Counted from the first letter of the stretch, positions 8,960 to 19,463 are shown. The stretch is DNA of 64,000 nt from an uncultured Oscillospiraceae bacterium (GCA_964650465.1 CAZYTA010000003.1:32268-96267), one strand, 5' to 3'. Numbers and translations: made by a program. Notes: generated from the letters alone by a model not told the origin.

Positions 8960-11026
8960 CTAAATAAATCTGATAAAGCACGCTCCGTTTTCTTCGCAAC
9001 CGTAATTATAGGTAGCGCCGTAAAACTCGGTTTTACCGATTACGTCAACACCCTTGCGAGGTTCGGGAAATCTAACTGTAATATTGGCGGGAGTTGAATT
9101 AAAGACTCCTATAAAGCGGTTATCTCCGTAAAGAGTTACCCCCTCCGCATCTGTATATATATGACAGCCCGCACTCTTTATTATTTCACGAAGCTCTTTA
9201 TGCTTCATATAGGGCTTTGTGTTGAGAAGGTATTTTCCCTCTCCTACTGCTCTTAGCTGAGGGAAATCGTAATTGTGGGGATTGTCACAAGGCACAACCC
9301 TATAGCCTGTAATTCTCTCTACATTATCAAGCGAATAGCCTTTTTCCGTCCAGACAGACGGCGCATAATTGAACATTACGGTTGCGTGAGAAAGCATAGG
9401 AAGCACCTTTTCAAAATATCCGCTGTCGGCATAGATATTGTACGCAAACACAACAAGCTTGTATTTTGAAAGGTCTATGTCAAAAAGGTCATTGGCTCGG
9501 TAGGTATCGATAAGCGCACCGGTCATCCTTGCCTCGGCAATAAAATCCTCAGCAAAGCCGCACCGCATGTCTCGGTTGGCTCTCATATAAAAGGCTGAGC
9601 GTTCATCGGTAACGATAAGTACATCCGATATACTTTTGCAGGGAATTTTTCTCAATTCTCCGTTCAGCTCGGCAATTCTTTTAAATTCCGCCATAAGCTC
9701 TCTGTCATCAAACCAGCCGCCGCCAAGGTCCATCCACCAGAAGCCCGAATTGTGGGAAAGATTTTTTGCATATTCTCTCCAGAAAACAGACGTGGTATCT
9801 CTCATTCCCTTTGACTCCCATTCGGTTTCGTCCTCAGAATAGTTGGGACGGTTATCAAGGGAGTCAAGATGAGTTCTGTTGTCAAGCTCATCAAGCCACA
9901 GTTTTTTAAGATTTACCGACTGTGCGGCGCAAAGCTCGCCTCCGGGTTCTCCTGCCTTGCATCTGTAGTAGGATTTTGGAGCGGCAAAAAAATCTATGTA
10001 CGGAGAATTCAAAAGCCTTTCAAGAGCAAGATGCCCTGTATAAGCGGCATTGTCAACATGAAGATAATACCCGTAGAAAGCACCTGCCGGCTTGCCCGTT
10101 TTTTCTTTTATGATTTTACCGAAATGTTCAAGGGCGTTGGCATTTATCTCTGACATATACATGTCATAATCTATGGCAAGTATATCATCTGCCCTGACAA
10201 AGCTTTCAAGGGAGGAATTATCGGGGCATCTGCGTTCAGGCTCGGGTATAGGCATTGTATCGGGGGTTATTCCTTCCATTCCCCATGCCGCTTCAACAGC
10301 CTTTGCACTGCCGTACTTTTTCACCGCCCAATTATAAAATTCACGTCTGTTTGTTATTCCCCAGTCGCCGTATTTATTGGACACACGCCCCCACAGCACA
10401 GTTTCGCCGCTTGTGCCGTAGGCTATGTGGTAGCCCAGTATTCTTCTGCCGTATTTTCCGTTTTCAAGGCGGTCAATTACTTTTTCCAGTGCTTCTCCCG
10501 CATCACGAAGCCACTTTTTGGAAGAAAAGCTCTGCCGTGCGATTACGCCTCCCACATTTGGTCTCGGGTCCTTGAATTCACCTGCGGCATAATATCCGTT
10601 TGGAGCTTCGTAGCCTATGTAATCGTGTCCGGGTGTACCAACGGTATTGCGGATTTCATCGGCAGTCTGAGGTCCTCCGTAGTAGACAAACACCTCCTCG
10701 GGATTTTCACAGCACCAATCAACCGGAACATTCAGCTTGATACGAGGGATAAAATATGCGTTTTCGTTGTTGCAAAATATCTCATCCACAACCTTATCGG
10801 TCAGAGAATAATCATATTCGTCAACGCCTGTCCACCCCGACGGAAGTATGCAGGTATGAAGATTGACACCGATTTGGGTAAAGCTGCGGTGATAGTCTCC
10901 GTACCTTTCAAGTGAAGAATTGAATACTATCAATTCACCGTTTTCATCTCTGAGAGGCGGGTCGTAAGCAAAGCCCAGTCTCGACCAAAAGACAGGGTTA
11001 TTGCGAAGAAATTCTTTCATATTCAT
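8960..11026 (-). CDS. Hypothetical protein, glycoside-hydrolase-like (GH42-like TIM barrel / DUF4832-like)
   Basis: 688 aa with no signal peptide. Aromatic-rich TIM-barrel-like N-terminal half. The family assignment is tentative. Confidence 0.35.
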   Translation of the reverse strand: MNMKEFLRNNPVFWSRLGFAYDPPLRDENGELIVFNSSLERYGDYHRSFTQIGVNLHTCILPSGWTGVDEYDYSLTDKVVDEIFCNNENAYFIPRIKLNVPVDWCCENPEEVFVYYGGPQTADEIRNTVGTPGHDYIGYEAPNGYYAAGEFKDPRPNVGGVIARQSFSSKKWLRDAGEALEKVIDRLENGKYGRRILGYHIAYGTSGETVLWGRVSNKYGDWGITNRREFYNWAVKKYGSAKAVEAAWGMEGITPDTMPIPEPERRCPDNSSLESFVRADDILAIDYDMYMSEINANALEHFGKIIKEKTGKPAGAFYGYYLHVDNAAYTGHLALERLLNSPYIDFFAAPKSYYRCKAGEPGGELCAAQSVNLKKLWLDELDNRTHLDSLDNRPNYSEDETEWESKGMRDTTSVFWREYAKNLSHNSGFWWMDLGGGWFDDRELMAEFKRIAELNGELRKIPCKSISDVLIVTDERSAFYMRANRDMRCGFAEDFIAEARMTGALIDTYRANDLFDIDLSKYKLVVFAYNIYADSGYFEKVLPMLSHATVMFNYAPSVWTEKGYSLDNVERITGYRVVPCDNPHNYDFPQLRAVGEGKYLLNTKPYMKHKELREIIKSAGCHIYTDAEGVTLYGDNRFIGVFNSTPANITVRFPEPRKGVDVIGKTEFYGATYNYGCEENGACFIRFI

Positions 11027-11104
11027 TGTCGCTCCTTTTTTAAGAATTATAGCATATTACTCGTGATAGTTTCTACAACTATCTTACGAAATAATAAAAC
11101 TATA

Positions 11105-12466
11105 TTACTGTTTTTCACAAGACTCCTTTTTAATCTTTGAAGCTGCGTAAACAGTATATCCAATAAAGCAAAGTGTGTAAACTATAAACTCTAATGCATA
11201 GACGAGCATTCTGCCCTGCGCGCCTTTATTGAGAACAGAGCATGCATACCATGTGGCAGGAATTTTGTAAAGCCAGAGAGACAGTATGAGTATGAGTGCG
11301 GGATATTTTACATTGCCCATACCTCTGATACCTGCGGGAAGTACATTTCCGCCCGACCAACCGATAGGCATTATCAAAAGTCCTATTTTGAGCGTTTGGG
11401 TAGCAATTTCTATTACATTTTCGTTGCTTGTATACATTCCGACAAGCTGTTTTGCAAACAGAAAAGCTATGAGCGACAGTACAACGTGTATGATTGTTGA
11501 TGCGGCTGTGACCCATATTGAAATACTGAGTGCCTGCTTCTTCTCGCCTGCACCCGTGTGCTTACCTGCAAGTATCTGTACAACATAAGCAAGAGCCAAC
11601 GGTACAAGATGAATAATCGATTCTACCGAGGTAGTTATACTGAAAGCCGAAACGTGGTCATCTCCCATTGTTGAGAATATTTTACTGAGCACGAGACCGC
11701 CTATGGACACAACAAAGGATTGCGCACACATTACAGCACCTATCTTTACCACCTCTACGGCAACATCGCTTCGGTAAAGCTTGAAGGTACCCTTGACGCA
11801 TCCCTTGAAGTTACCTGTTTTGCCGATTATAACGGCACAAATAACTGTAAAGAAAAGGTTTGTAAGTACACTTGCAAGACCCAGTCCCACAATTCCCATT
11901 TCAAAGACAACCATAAGAAGCCATTTCAGAGCAATATCAATAATTCCTCCGAAAAGGGATATGTAGAGAGGACCCTTTGTATTCAGACAGCCTCTGAGAA
12001 TACCAATCATATTGGTACGGAAAAATCCCATCGGAAGAGTTATGGCATAAAACACAGAATAAATATTTGCATTCTTAAAGAAGGTCTCTGACATATCAGG
12101 GTATGTAGAGCGAAGAATCGGGTCATGAAACAGTATAATAACTGCAGAAATCAAAACAGATATAACCGTTCCGATAAGCATAGAGGTAGAAAACAAGCTT
12201 CTTGAACGTTCGTTGTCTTCAGCTCCGATATACTGGCTTATAAGTATAGCCGAGCCAGAGGCAACACATCCGTAAAGAGTAGTGAAGGGACCGAACACGC
12301 TTCCCACAAGAGAGGTAGCATTAAGAAAGCTGGTATCAATATTGGTTGATATCATGCTTGATATCATTGAAAGAACGATGGAGGCAAGCTGTTCCCAGAA
12401 TACAGGTAAGAACAGAGTTATAACGAGCATGATATCAATGCGGACATTGTTCTTTATACGAAACAT
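11105..12466 (-). CDS. MATE family efflux transporter
   Basis: 453 aa, 12-TM MatE-type architecture. Confidence 0.7.
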   Translation of the reverse strand: MFRIKNNVRIDIMLVITLFLPVFWEQLASIVLSMISSMISTNIDTSFLNATSLVGSVFGPFTTLYGCVASGSAILISQYIGAEDNERSRSLFSTSMLIGTVISVLISAVIILFHDPILRSTYPDMSETFFKNANIYSVFYAITLPMGFFRTNMIGILRGCLNTKGPLYISLFGGIIDIALKWLLMVVFEMGIVGLGLASVLTNLFFTVICAVIIGKTGNFKGCVKGTFKLYRSDVAVEVVKIGAVMCAQSFVVSIGGLVLSKIFSTMGDDHVSAFSITTSVESIIHLVPLALAYVVQILAGKHTGAGEKKQALSISIWVTAASTIIHVVLSLIAFLFAKQLVGMYTSNENVIEIATQTLKIGLLIMPIGWSGGNVLPAGIRGMGNVKYPALILILSLWLYKIPATWYACSVLNKGAQGRMLVYALEFIVYTLCFIGYTVYAASKIKKESCEKQ

Positions 12467-12529
12467 AAAGCACCTCTCAGAATTAAGATTTTATCCACCT
12501 CAAATATAGAACAAAGGAGAAAAAAAGTC

Positions 12530-12571
12530 AATAGGATTTGAAAATTTAAGAATAAATTTTCAAATCCTATT
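12530..12571. terminator. Strong hairpin terminator downstream of pfk (minus strand)
   Basis: 18-bp perfect stem AATAGGATTTGAAAATTT / AAATTTTCAAATCCTATT. Confidence 0.65.
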
Positions 12572-12573
12572 CG

Positions 12574-13782
12574 TTAGATTATAAACTGTACGGGAAGTCC
12601 GTTTTCAAATTCGGGAATACTCTCTCCGAGAACAAGGGGGCGTATCCACTCGATGCACTCGGTGGTAACATGGTTTCCGCGTTCGTTTATGAACTCACGT
12701 GGTACCTGTCGTACAACATTTGCAACAGAATCAAGCTCTGCCTTCTGACAGTTGCAGGAGTAGGGCTTGGTGGAGGTTCTTACAAAGGTAGCCATACATC
12801 CTGTCTCGCCCTCAAGGGCAAGTCTTGCACCAAAAGAGCCTATCTTGACAGATTCTTCTATGTCCGTACCCGAAGCAATATGAGCGGCACATCTCTGAAG
12901 AATGCTAAGTTCAACGGTTCTCGCCTTACAGCCCAGCTTTTCCTTAAGAATACTTTCAAGAACTCTGCCTGTACCCGACAGCTGTTTATGACCGAAGGCA
13001 TCTGTTTTGCTTCCGTCCTCGCTGATATATCTGCCGTTTTTGTCACGGATACCCTCGGATACCGCTACAACAACATTGGGCTTCTTTTCAAATTCAGCCT
13101 TTACATCCTCGAGGAATTCCTCAATGCTGAAATCCACTTCGGGCAGGTACACAAGGTCGGGGCGGGCAAGCGCAGCAGAAGCAGTAAGCCAGCCGGCATC
13201 ACGTCCCATTATCTCTACAACTGTAACAGCCTTTATCTTATATACAGCAGTATCACGGAGTATTTCGGCAAGGGAGGTTGCAACGTACTTTGCCGCAGAA
13301 CCGTAGCCGGGTGTGTGGTCTGTGCAGGCAAGGTCATTGTCAATGGTTTTGGGTACACCTACAAAGCGAATATCGGAATTCAATTTTTTTGCATATGCCG
13401 ACAGCTTACGGATAGTGTCCATTGAATCATTGCCGCCGATATAGAAGAAATAACCTATATTATTGCGGTCAAGTATTTCAAATATTTTATTGTACATCTC
13501 AATATCCTCTGCCTTTTCGGAGGTCTCCGAAGGCAGCTTGAGACGGCAGGAGCCCAGTGCGGCGGCGGGAGTTTTTTCAAGTCTTACAAAATCATTTTCT
13601 GTGAAAAGCAGCTTTGAAAGATTGCAGAACTCCTCCTTCATAAAGCCTTCGATTCCATTGAGCATTCCGTACACAGTATCAACCTTTTCGGATGCCTTAA
13701 GCTCTCTGACAACGCCTGAAAGAGTGGCATTGATAGCGGCAGTAGGACCGCCTGACTGACCTATTACAGCGTTCTTTTTCAT
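12574..13782 (-). CDS. 6-phosphofructokinase (long form, ATP- or PPi-dependent)
   Basis: GGPTAAINA and PKTIDNDL motifs of the PFK family. 402 aa. Confidence 0.8.
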   Translation of the reverse strand: MKKNAVIGQSGGPTAAINATLSGVVRELKASEKVDTVYGMLNGIEGFMKEEFCNLSKLLFTENDFVRLEKTPAAALGSCRLKLPSETSEKAEDIEMYNKIFEILDRNNIGYFFYIGGNDSMDTIRKLSAYAKKLNSDIRFVGVPKTIDNDLACTDHTPGYGSAAKYVATSLAEILRDTAVYKIKAVTVVEIMGRDAGWLTASAALARPDLVYLPEVDFSIEEFLEDVKAEFEKKPNVVVAVSEGIRDKNGRYISEDGSKTDAFGHKQLSGTGRVLESILKEKLGCKARTVELSILQRCAAHIASGTDIEESVKIGSFGARLALEGETGCMATFVRTSTKPYSCNCQKAELDSVANVVRQVPREFINERGNHVTTECIEWIRPLVLGESIPEFENGLPVQFII

Positions 13783-13794
13783 AGTCTCTCCTTT

Positions 13795-14679
13795 TTATTC
13801 AGCAGTTTTATTAAGTATGTTTTCAAGCTCTTCAAGTGAAAAAATATATTTGTTTTTACAAAATCTGCAAACAGTTTCAATAGGCTTGGCATCATCTATC
13901 ATGGACCGGACCTCTTCTCTGCCCAGGCTGATGAGCCCCTTTTCATATTTCTCCTTGGAGCAGGTACATTTAAACGATATATCTATTGTGTCAAATTCTT
14001 CATATTCTATACCGTTGAAAACAAGTTCTGCAAATTTTTCCGCACCGTGTCCCCTGTCCATTATCTCGGTTACGGAATTTATAAGTGCCATGTTGGTTTC
14101 AAGTCTGTCAACTACAGTCTCATCAGCTCCCGGAAGAAGCTGGAGAATAAAGCCTCCCGCAACACGGCAGGTATAATCGCGCTCAACAAGAACTCCCAGT
14201 GCACATGCAGACGGGGTTTGCTCGCTGTTTGCATAGTAAGCTGTTACATCCTCGGCTATTTCTCCGCTGACAAGCTCTGACATTCCCACATACGGCTCGC
14301 CTGCGCCAAGGTCTCGTACTATGCAAAGGTATCCTTCTCCGACTGCTCCTCCGACGTCAAGCTTTCCGTTGGGCTTCAGCGGCAGGTCAACGGCGGGATT
14401 TTCCATGTAACCTCTGACATTTCCCGAATAGTCGGAAACACAGGTTACCGTACCTGCAGGTCCGTTTCCTTTAAGCTGAAAGGTAAGAGAGTCGGTTGGA
14501 TTCTTCATAAGACATCCCATAAGAGAGGCGGCAGTAAGCGCTCTTCCCAGCGTAGCCGTAGCGGTAGGTGTTGTCATATGGTGTGTATGAGCGGTATTTA
14601 CAATTTCTGTGGTGTCTGCAAATATAAGCCTTGCAGAACCGTCCGAAGTGATAAAACGTGTTATTTTGGAATTATTCAT
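13795..14679 (-). CDS. hslO: Hsp33 family redox-regulated chaperone
   Basis: Hsp33 fold with the C-terminal zinc centre CTCS…CRFC. Confidence 0.8.
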   Translation of the reverse strand: MNNSKITRFITSDGSARLIFADTTEIVNTAHTHHMTTPTATATLGRALTAASLMGCLMKNPTDSLTFQLKGNGPAGTVTCVSDYSGNVRGYMENPAVDLPLKPNGKLDVGGAVGEGYLCIVRDLGAGEPYVGMSELVSGEIAEDVTAYYANSEQTPSACALGVLVERDYTCRVAGGFILQLLPGADETVVDRLETNMALINSVTEIMDRGHGAEKFAELVFNGIEYEEFDTIDISFKCTCSKEKYEKGLISLGREEVRSMIDDAKPIETVCRFCKNKYIFSLEELENILNKTAE

Positions 14680-15440
14680 TTTGTGTCTCCTGTGATGTTT
14701 TCCGAAATCAGCCTTGCCGCAAAATAATACCTTTCTGTGGTGTCGGTAACGGGAGATCCGTTAAAATCCGAGGCAACCGAAACAAGCGTGAGTCCAGCCT
14801 TTTTCAATGCCGCTTTTATTTCGGCAAGAGTGAACATGCGCTCGGTCTGCTCTTCGCTGTAACGGCGGTACAATCCGTTTTCTTTTGCAAATATGTTTAT
14901 ATAAAAATCGCATTTCTTGCTTTTTTCGTCATAATAGTTTTCCCAAGCACAAAATACTTTATCCGACTCAAGTACATAGCTGTTATCGGCATAAACTGAC
15001 TTGAATTTATATTCTGTGTTCATATCAAAGAGAAAAACGCCGTCCGCCTTAAGCTCATTTGCAACACATGCAAAAGCCCGGGTAAGGTCCGCCTTTGTGA
15101 GAAGATAGTTCAGGCAGTCAAAGGTGGAAATAACGGCATCGTATTTGTGACCTGTGGAAAAGGAGGTCATATCCTGACAGGTATAAAAAACATTCAGTCT
15201 CTTTTTTTCTGCTTTGTGATTTGCAAGAGTAAGCATTTCCGAGGATGCATCAAGTCCGATGACCGTTGCCCCTCTCCCTGCGAGTATATGAGACAGGTCA
15301 CCTGTGCCGCACCCCAAATCAAGTAAAGCGGCACCCTGCACATTAAAATGTGACACAAGATAATCTGCATATTCCTCATAGTTCACATCGGAATTAAGCT
15401 CATCGTAAAAGGCAGGTAAAACAGTATATTCTCTATTCAT
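14676..15440 (-). CDS. Class I SAM-dependent methyltransferase
   Basis: Motif I LLDLGCGTGD. 254 aa. Overlaps hslO by 4 nt. Confidence 0.7.
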   Translation of the reverse strand: MNREYTVLPAFYDELNSDVNYEEYADYLVSHFNVQGAALLDLGCGTGDLSHILAGRGATVIGLDASSEMLTLANHKAEKKRLNVFYTCQDMTSFSTGHKYDAVISTFDCLNYLLTKADLTRAFACVANELKADGVFLFDMNTEYKFKSVYADNSYVLESDKVFCAWENYYDEKSKKCDFYINIFAKENGLYRRYSEEQTERMFTLAEIKAALKKAGLTLVSVASDFNGSPVTDTTERYYFAARLISENITGDTK

Positions 15441-15921
15441 TATTCTTCAACCTCATAGGCGTATGTACTGTGCCGTGGTCCTCGTAACGCTCTCCCACAA
15501 CCTCAAAGCCAAGCTTTTTGTATATGGGAATTCCGTAGTCGCTGGCATTGACGGTAACAGGGGCAGACGGGTCGGTGTGTGACATAAAATGCTCAAAAAG
15601 CTGTTTGCCTATTCCCTTTCCCATATAGTCTTTGTGGGTAAAGAAAAGACATATATGATTTGTACCTCGGCAGCCAAGCACTCCGCAGAGGGTTTCTCCG
15701 TCAAAAGCACCGTAAAGAGTGACACTTCCGTCGTAGGTATTCATCTTGAAAGACATTGCAGATGTGGTGTCCCTGAAAAACTCTATGCCCTCCATGGTAT
15801 AGGTCGGCATAATGTATTTGTAGAAGGTATGAAAAATCATCCTTGAAGCCTCTTCAAAATCGCTGTCACCAAGTACTCTTATTTTTACATCCATTTTCAT
15901 TTTCTCCTTCTGAATATTCAT
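15433..15921 (-). CDS. GNAT family N-acetyltransferase
   Basis: 162 aa with an acetyl-CoA binding motif (…GKGIGKQLFEH…). Confidence 0.65.
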   Translation of the reverse strand: MNIQKEKMKMDVKIRVLGDSDFEEASRMIFHTFYKYIMPTYTMEGIEFFRDTTSAMSFKMNTYDGSVTLYGAFDGETLCGVLGCRGTNHICLFFTHKDYMGKGIGKQLFEHFMSHTDPSAPVTVNASDYGIPIYKKLGFEVVGERYEDHGTVHTPMRLKNNE

Positions 15922-15976
15922 TCTATCATACTTTTACAAAAATTGCTATATGTTTTATAAAAAAATTAAAACCGTC

Positions 15977-16456
15977 TCAGCGTGAGACGGTTTTAAAATG
16001 CTTGTAGCTGTAGTATATTGCAAAAACTATTATATGCGCCGCAACAGCGCCCGAAAAATCTGTCCATATGTCCTTGACCTCGGCACCTCTGCCGCTTGAA
16101 AACAGCTGAACCGTCTCATCTGTAAAGGCAGTAAACAAAGAAAGAGACAGCGAATGCAAAAAAAGTGAAACGCGGGACATCTTGATAAAAAACGAGCCTA
16201 TGTAATACAGCGCACCCAGAACAAAAAACTCTATAAAATGCGCTGTTGTACGTACTATTGACACATCCACCATTGCTTCGGGGTCAAACTTGCGGACAAT
16301 CATTTGCAAAAATTCCGCCACCTTATTGCTCTGCTCTGTGGATTTAATACCGTTGGCTATGGAATTGTAAAAAATAAATGACAGCCAAAAAATAAGCACC
16401 AGAATATATACCGATATAAATATTTTTCTGTTTTTACCGTAAAATATGTTTTCCAT
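15977..16456 (-). CDS. VanZ family membrane protein
   Basis: 159 aa, 4 TM helices. VanZ-like signature FIEFFVLGALYY. Confidence 0.55.
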   Translation of the reverse strand: MENIFYGKNRKIFISVYILVLIFWLSFIFYNSIANGIKSTEQSNKVAEFLQMIVRKFDPEAMVDVSIVRTTAHFIEFFVLGALYYIGSFFIKMSRVSLFLHSLSLSLFTAFTDETVQLFSSGRGAEVKDIWTDFSGAVAAHIIVFAIYYSYKHFKTVSR

Positions 16457-17040
16457 TATTTCCTTCCTTGAATTACAGGAGATATGCGTTTATATACAGC
16501 AAAAGTGAGAAGCACATTGAGAAGCCCTTTTAACAAGGTAAAAGGGAAATTGAACACAATAACAACCTTAAACACACTGTCAACCCAAGGAATCAGCTTT
16601 GATGACATTCCTATTATGGCTTCAATAGGCATTATCCTCGAATAAGCGGGATAAACAAGAAAATAATTTGTTATAACGGCTACAAAAGCCATTGAAAAAG
16701 CACCGATAAGCGATGCTGCAAGTGCACCTTTTTTGGTCTTATGAGTTCTGTAGTAAAGTCCTGCCAAAACAACAAAAGAGGAGCTGAGAAGGAAATTGGA
16801 CAGCTCACCTACAAAGCCTGTGGTGGATGCAGGCAGACTGACAAGATTCTTTATAAGGCAGACAGCAAAGCCGCTGACAGGTCCCACAGCAAAGGATGCC
16901 AGCAATGCAGGAAAATCCGAGAAATCTATTTTCAGATACGAGGGTGCTATCGGCAGGGCAAAGTTCAGGTACATCAAAACGCTTGACAGTGCCGCAAGAA
17001 GTCCCGTAACCACAATTTTCCTTGTTGGTGATGTTTTCAT
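16456..17040 (-). CDS. ECF transporter S component (riboflavin, RibU-like)
   Basis: 194-aa six-TM S-component. An FMN riboswitch sits in its 5' leader. Confidence 0.65.
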   Translation of the reverse strand: MKTSPTRKIVVTGLLAALSSVLMYLNFALPIAPSYLKIDFSDFPALLASFAVGPVSGFAVCLIKNLVSLPASTTGFVGELSNFLLSSSFVVLAGLYYRTHKTKKGALAASLIGAFSMAFVAVITNYFLVYPAYSRIMPIEAIIGMSSKLIPWVDSVFKVVIVFNFPFTLLKGLLNVLLTFAVYKRISPVIQGRK

Positions 17041-17069
17041 AAATTACCTCCTTTCAGGGTACGGAAAAG

Positions 17070-17190
17070 AGGTATACCTCTTTCGTTTCTTTCGTCCGGA
17101 CTGTAACCGTCGGTATCGGAATTTCACCGATTCAGCCAAAGCTCGCAGACTATAACTGCCGGTGAGGATTTGCACCTCGCCCTGAAACAA
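17070..17190 (-). promoter_or_regulatory. FMN riboswitch (RFN element)
   Basis: Minus strand reads AGGGCGAGGTGCAAATCCTCACCGGCAGT…AGTCTGCGAGC…GGTGAAATTCCGATACCGACGGTTACAGTCCGGACGAAAGAA. This matches RFN motifs (GGGTGAAATTCCC, ACCGGCGGT, AGCCCGCGAGC, CCGACAGT…AGTCTGGATG). A CCCTGAAAGGAGG sequester element is adjacent to the RBS. Confidence 0.8.
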
Positions 17191-17205
17191 AAATTTTACA
17201 ATACA

Positions 17206-17234
17206 ATTATATTCTCTCCACCATTAAAAGTCAA
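17206..17234 (-). promoter_or_regulatory. Promoter of FMN riboswitch / ribU (TTGACT-17-TATAAT on minus strand)
   Basis: Reverse complement reads TTGACTTTTAATGGTGGAGAGAATATAAT. Confidence 0.5.
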
Positions 17235-17263
17235 CATGAAACTTAAAAATATTTTTATTTTTA

Positions 17264-17291
17264 TTGACAAAACAAAATTGCTGTGTATAAT
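17264..17291 (+). promoter_or_regulatory. Promoter of AraC regulator (TTGACA-16-TGTGTATAAT)
   Basis: -35 TTGACA at 17264 and an extended -10 TGTGTATAAT ending at 17291. Confidence 0.5.
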
Positions 17292-17336
17292 CTATTTTTG
17301 TAAGAAATACAACTAAGAAAGAGAAAAAATTGTCAT

Positions 17337-18215
17337 ATGTGGGAAGAAAAAGTTATACCTAACGTAGACGGTATACCATTGAAAATAAGCAATAATCATT
17401 GTGACTGCAATGCAAAAGCAGGGAAACAGTATTCAAGCCTTCACATGCATAGCGAAGTAGAGCTTCTCTATATCTTTTCAGGGTGCTTCGCAACACGACT
17501 GGCTGATGGTACTGAACATATAGCAAACAAAGGTGATGTAGTTTGCATAAATTCAAATGTTGCTCATTCGACCTTTGCTGCCAATTCGGAAGATATAAAT
17601 ACAGGGCTGATTCAGTTCAAAGCAGATGTGTTCAAAAAAAGCACTCATTCTTTAGACGGATATCTCAATGTAATACAAAAGAACAGCGGAAAGCAGATTG
17701 AAATATTCCGCAACGAAGAGGTTAACAGATATTGCGAATTTCTTTTCAGCCACGCAAAGGATGAAGAACCGTCGCGAATGCTGTATCTGACCTCGGGAGT
17801 ATACGGTCTTATGGCTTCTCTGTACAAATGTAAATTCATAGTTGACGAAAGCGAAGGCATTGACCGCAAAAAGGCTAAAAAACTGATAGGCGCCCTTGAG
17901 TTCATCGCAAATAATTACAAATATGATATTTCGCTTTCGGATGTCTGTGAAACTGTGGGAATGAGCAATTACTATTTTTGCAGGCTTTTCAAAAATACGC
18001 TGAATATGGGCTTTACCGACTATCTCAATTCGGTGAGAATATATCATGCTGAGGAAATGCTTTCCGAAACCGACAAAAGTATTCTTGAAACAGCTTTGGA
18101 AAACGGATTCTCCTCGGTGTCATACTTCAACAGGGTTTTCAAGACATTAAAAAACTGTTCTCCCTCAGAGTACAGAAGATTTTCAAAAGAAGCAGTCAAA
18201 ATATCAAAGGAGTGA
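17337..18215 (+). CDS. AraC family transcriptional regulator (cupin + HTH)
   Basis: HTH_AraC C-terminus (…GFSSVSYFNRVFKTLKNCSPSEYR) plus an N-terminal cupin domain. Confidence 0.8.
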   Translation: MWEEKVIPNVDGIPLKISNNHCDCNAKAGKQYSSLHMHSEVELLYIFSGCFATRLADGTEHIANKGDVVCINSNVAHSTFAANSEDINTGLIQFKADVFKKSTHSLDGYLNVIQKNSGKQIEIFRNEEVNRYCEFLFSHAKDEEPSRMLYLTSGVYGLMASLYKCKFIVDESEGIDRKKAKKLIGALEFIANNYKYDISLSDVCETVGMSNYYFCRLFKNTLNMGFTDYLNSVRIYHAEEMLSETDKSILETALENGFSSVSYFNRVFKTLKNCSPSEYRRFSKEAVKISKE

Positions 18216-18231
18216 AGCTTTACTTCACTCC
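18209..18231. terminator. Bidirectional terminator overlapping both stop codons
   Basis: GGAGTGAAG-cttta-CTTCACTCC followed by TTTTT. It overlaps the stop of the AraC gene (18215) and of dsdA (18225). Confidence 0.6.
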
Positions 18232-19463
18232 TTTTTCAAATACGTTTCAAGATACTGTTTTTTTATCTCACGGGGAATCATGCTTCCGCCTGTTGCCCAG
18301 ACAATCTGAGTAGCTGTATCGGGGACAGAGTTTTTCTCAGCCCCGACAAATGCGGCACAGCTTGACGGTTCTATGTCTATTCCTTCAAGTGTATGAAGCA
18401 TACGCAGATAATCATAAAGCTTTGAATCCGATACGGTATATATTCCCGAAACTATGGGCTTCATCACTCTTGTTACCAAAGAGGATGGTGAAGCGCAGGC
18501 AAGACCGTCGGCGTGTGTCTGTCCCGACAGTCCGTAGTCACGGACATTGGCATTTTCGTACTTCTCCGTTGCTATACCCAGCAGTACGGAGGGACAGTTT
18601 GCAGGCTCAACAAAGTAGCATTTCACACTGTCACCGTATATTCGTGTAAGACCGTAGGAAATGCCGCCGGGGGCACCGCCCACACCTGCAGGGATGTATA
18701 CAATAAGGGGATGCTTTTCGTCAACTGTGATTCCTTTTTGCGCCAGAGTCCTTTCAAGACGGCGTGCGGCTACCGCATAGCCCAGAAACAGGTCAACGGA
18801 TTTTTCGTCATCGATAAAATAGCTCATCGGGTCGGCTTCCGAATTACGTCTGCCCTCGGCTACTGCCTTGGAATAATCGTCGGCATACTCAATTACTTCA
18901 ACGCCCCGTGACCTGAGCAGCTCTTTTTTCCATTCCTTTGCATCGGCTGACATATGCACAATTACGTGAAAGCCCAGTGCCGCAGACATAATTCCTATAG
19001 ACATACCGAGATTGCCCGTAGACCCCACCTGCACTGTATAGCGTGACAGAAAGAGACGCATTTCGGGGGAAGCAAATTTTTTATAACTGTCATTATAGGT
19101 AATCATGCCGTTTTCAACTGCCAGCTTCTCGGCGTGCTTCATTACCTCATAAAAGCCTCCGCGTGCCTTGACAGACCCTGCTACCGCAAGATGTGAGTCC
19201 ATTTTCAGCCACAGCTTTCCGTCTGCTTTCAGAGCCTTCTGCATTTCGGGGATAGGCACAAGCTCGGATTCGATAATACCGTGTCTGTCAGCTGTTTCGG
19301 GAAACACCTCTTCTATAAACGGGGCAAAGCGCAAAAGCCTCTCTTCTGCATCTGTTATCTGTTCATCAGTAATTGGAAAAGGCGCTTTTTCAAAGGGCAA
19401 TTTAAAGGGGTTTTCCCAATACACCTCTTTACCCGATGATAATTCTTTTATAATGTCTTTCAT
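18225..19463 (-). CDS. dsdA: D-serine ammonia-lyase (PLP-dependent)
   Basis: Strong full-length similarity to DsdA (…HLAVAGSVKARGGFYEV…VGSTGNLGMSIGIMSAALGF…HMSADAKEWKK…VWATGGSM). Confidence 0.85.
   Translation of the reverse strand: MKDIIKELSSGKEVYWENPFKLPFEKAPFPITDEQITDAEERLLRFAPFIEEVFPETADRHGIIESELVPIPEMQKALKADGKLWLKMDSHLAVAGSVKARGGFYEVMKHAEKLAVENGMITYNDSYKKFASPEMRLFLSRYTVQVGSTGNLGMSIGIMSAALGFHVIVHMSADAKEWKKELLRSRGVEVIEYADDYSKAVAEGRRNSEADPMSYFIDDEKSVDLFLGYAVAARRLERTLAQKGITVDEKHPLIVYIPAGVGGAPGGISYGLTRIYGDSVKCYFVEPANCPSVLLGIATEKYENANVRDYGLSGQTHADGLACASPSSLVTRVMKPIVSGIYTVSDSKLYDYLRMLHTLEGIDIEPSSCAAFVGAEKNSVPDTATQIVWATGGSMIPREIKKQYLETYLKKE

Noticed and set aside
12670-13425. 251-aa plus-strand ORF
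   Set aside because: Antisense to the well-conserved PFK gene, so it is a shadow ORF.
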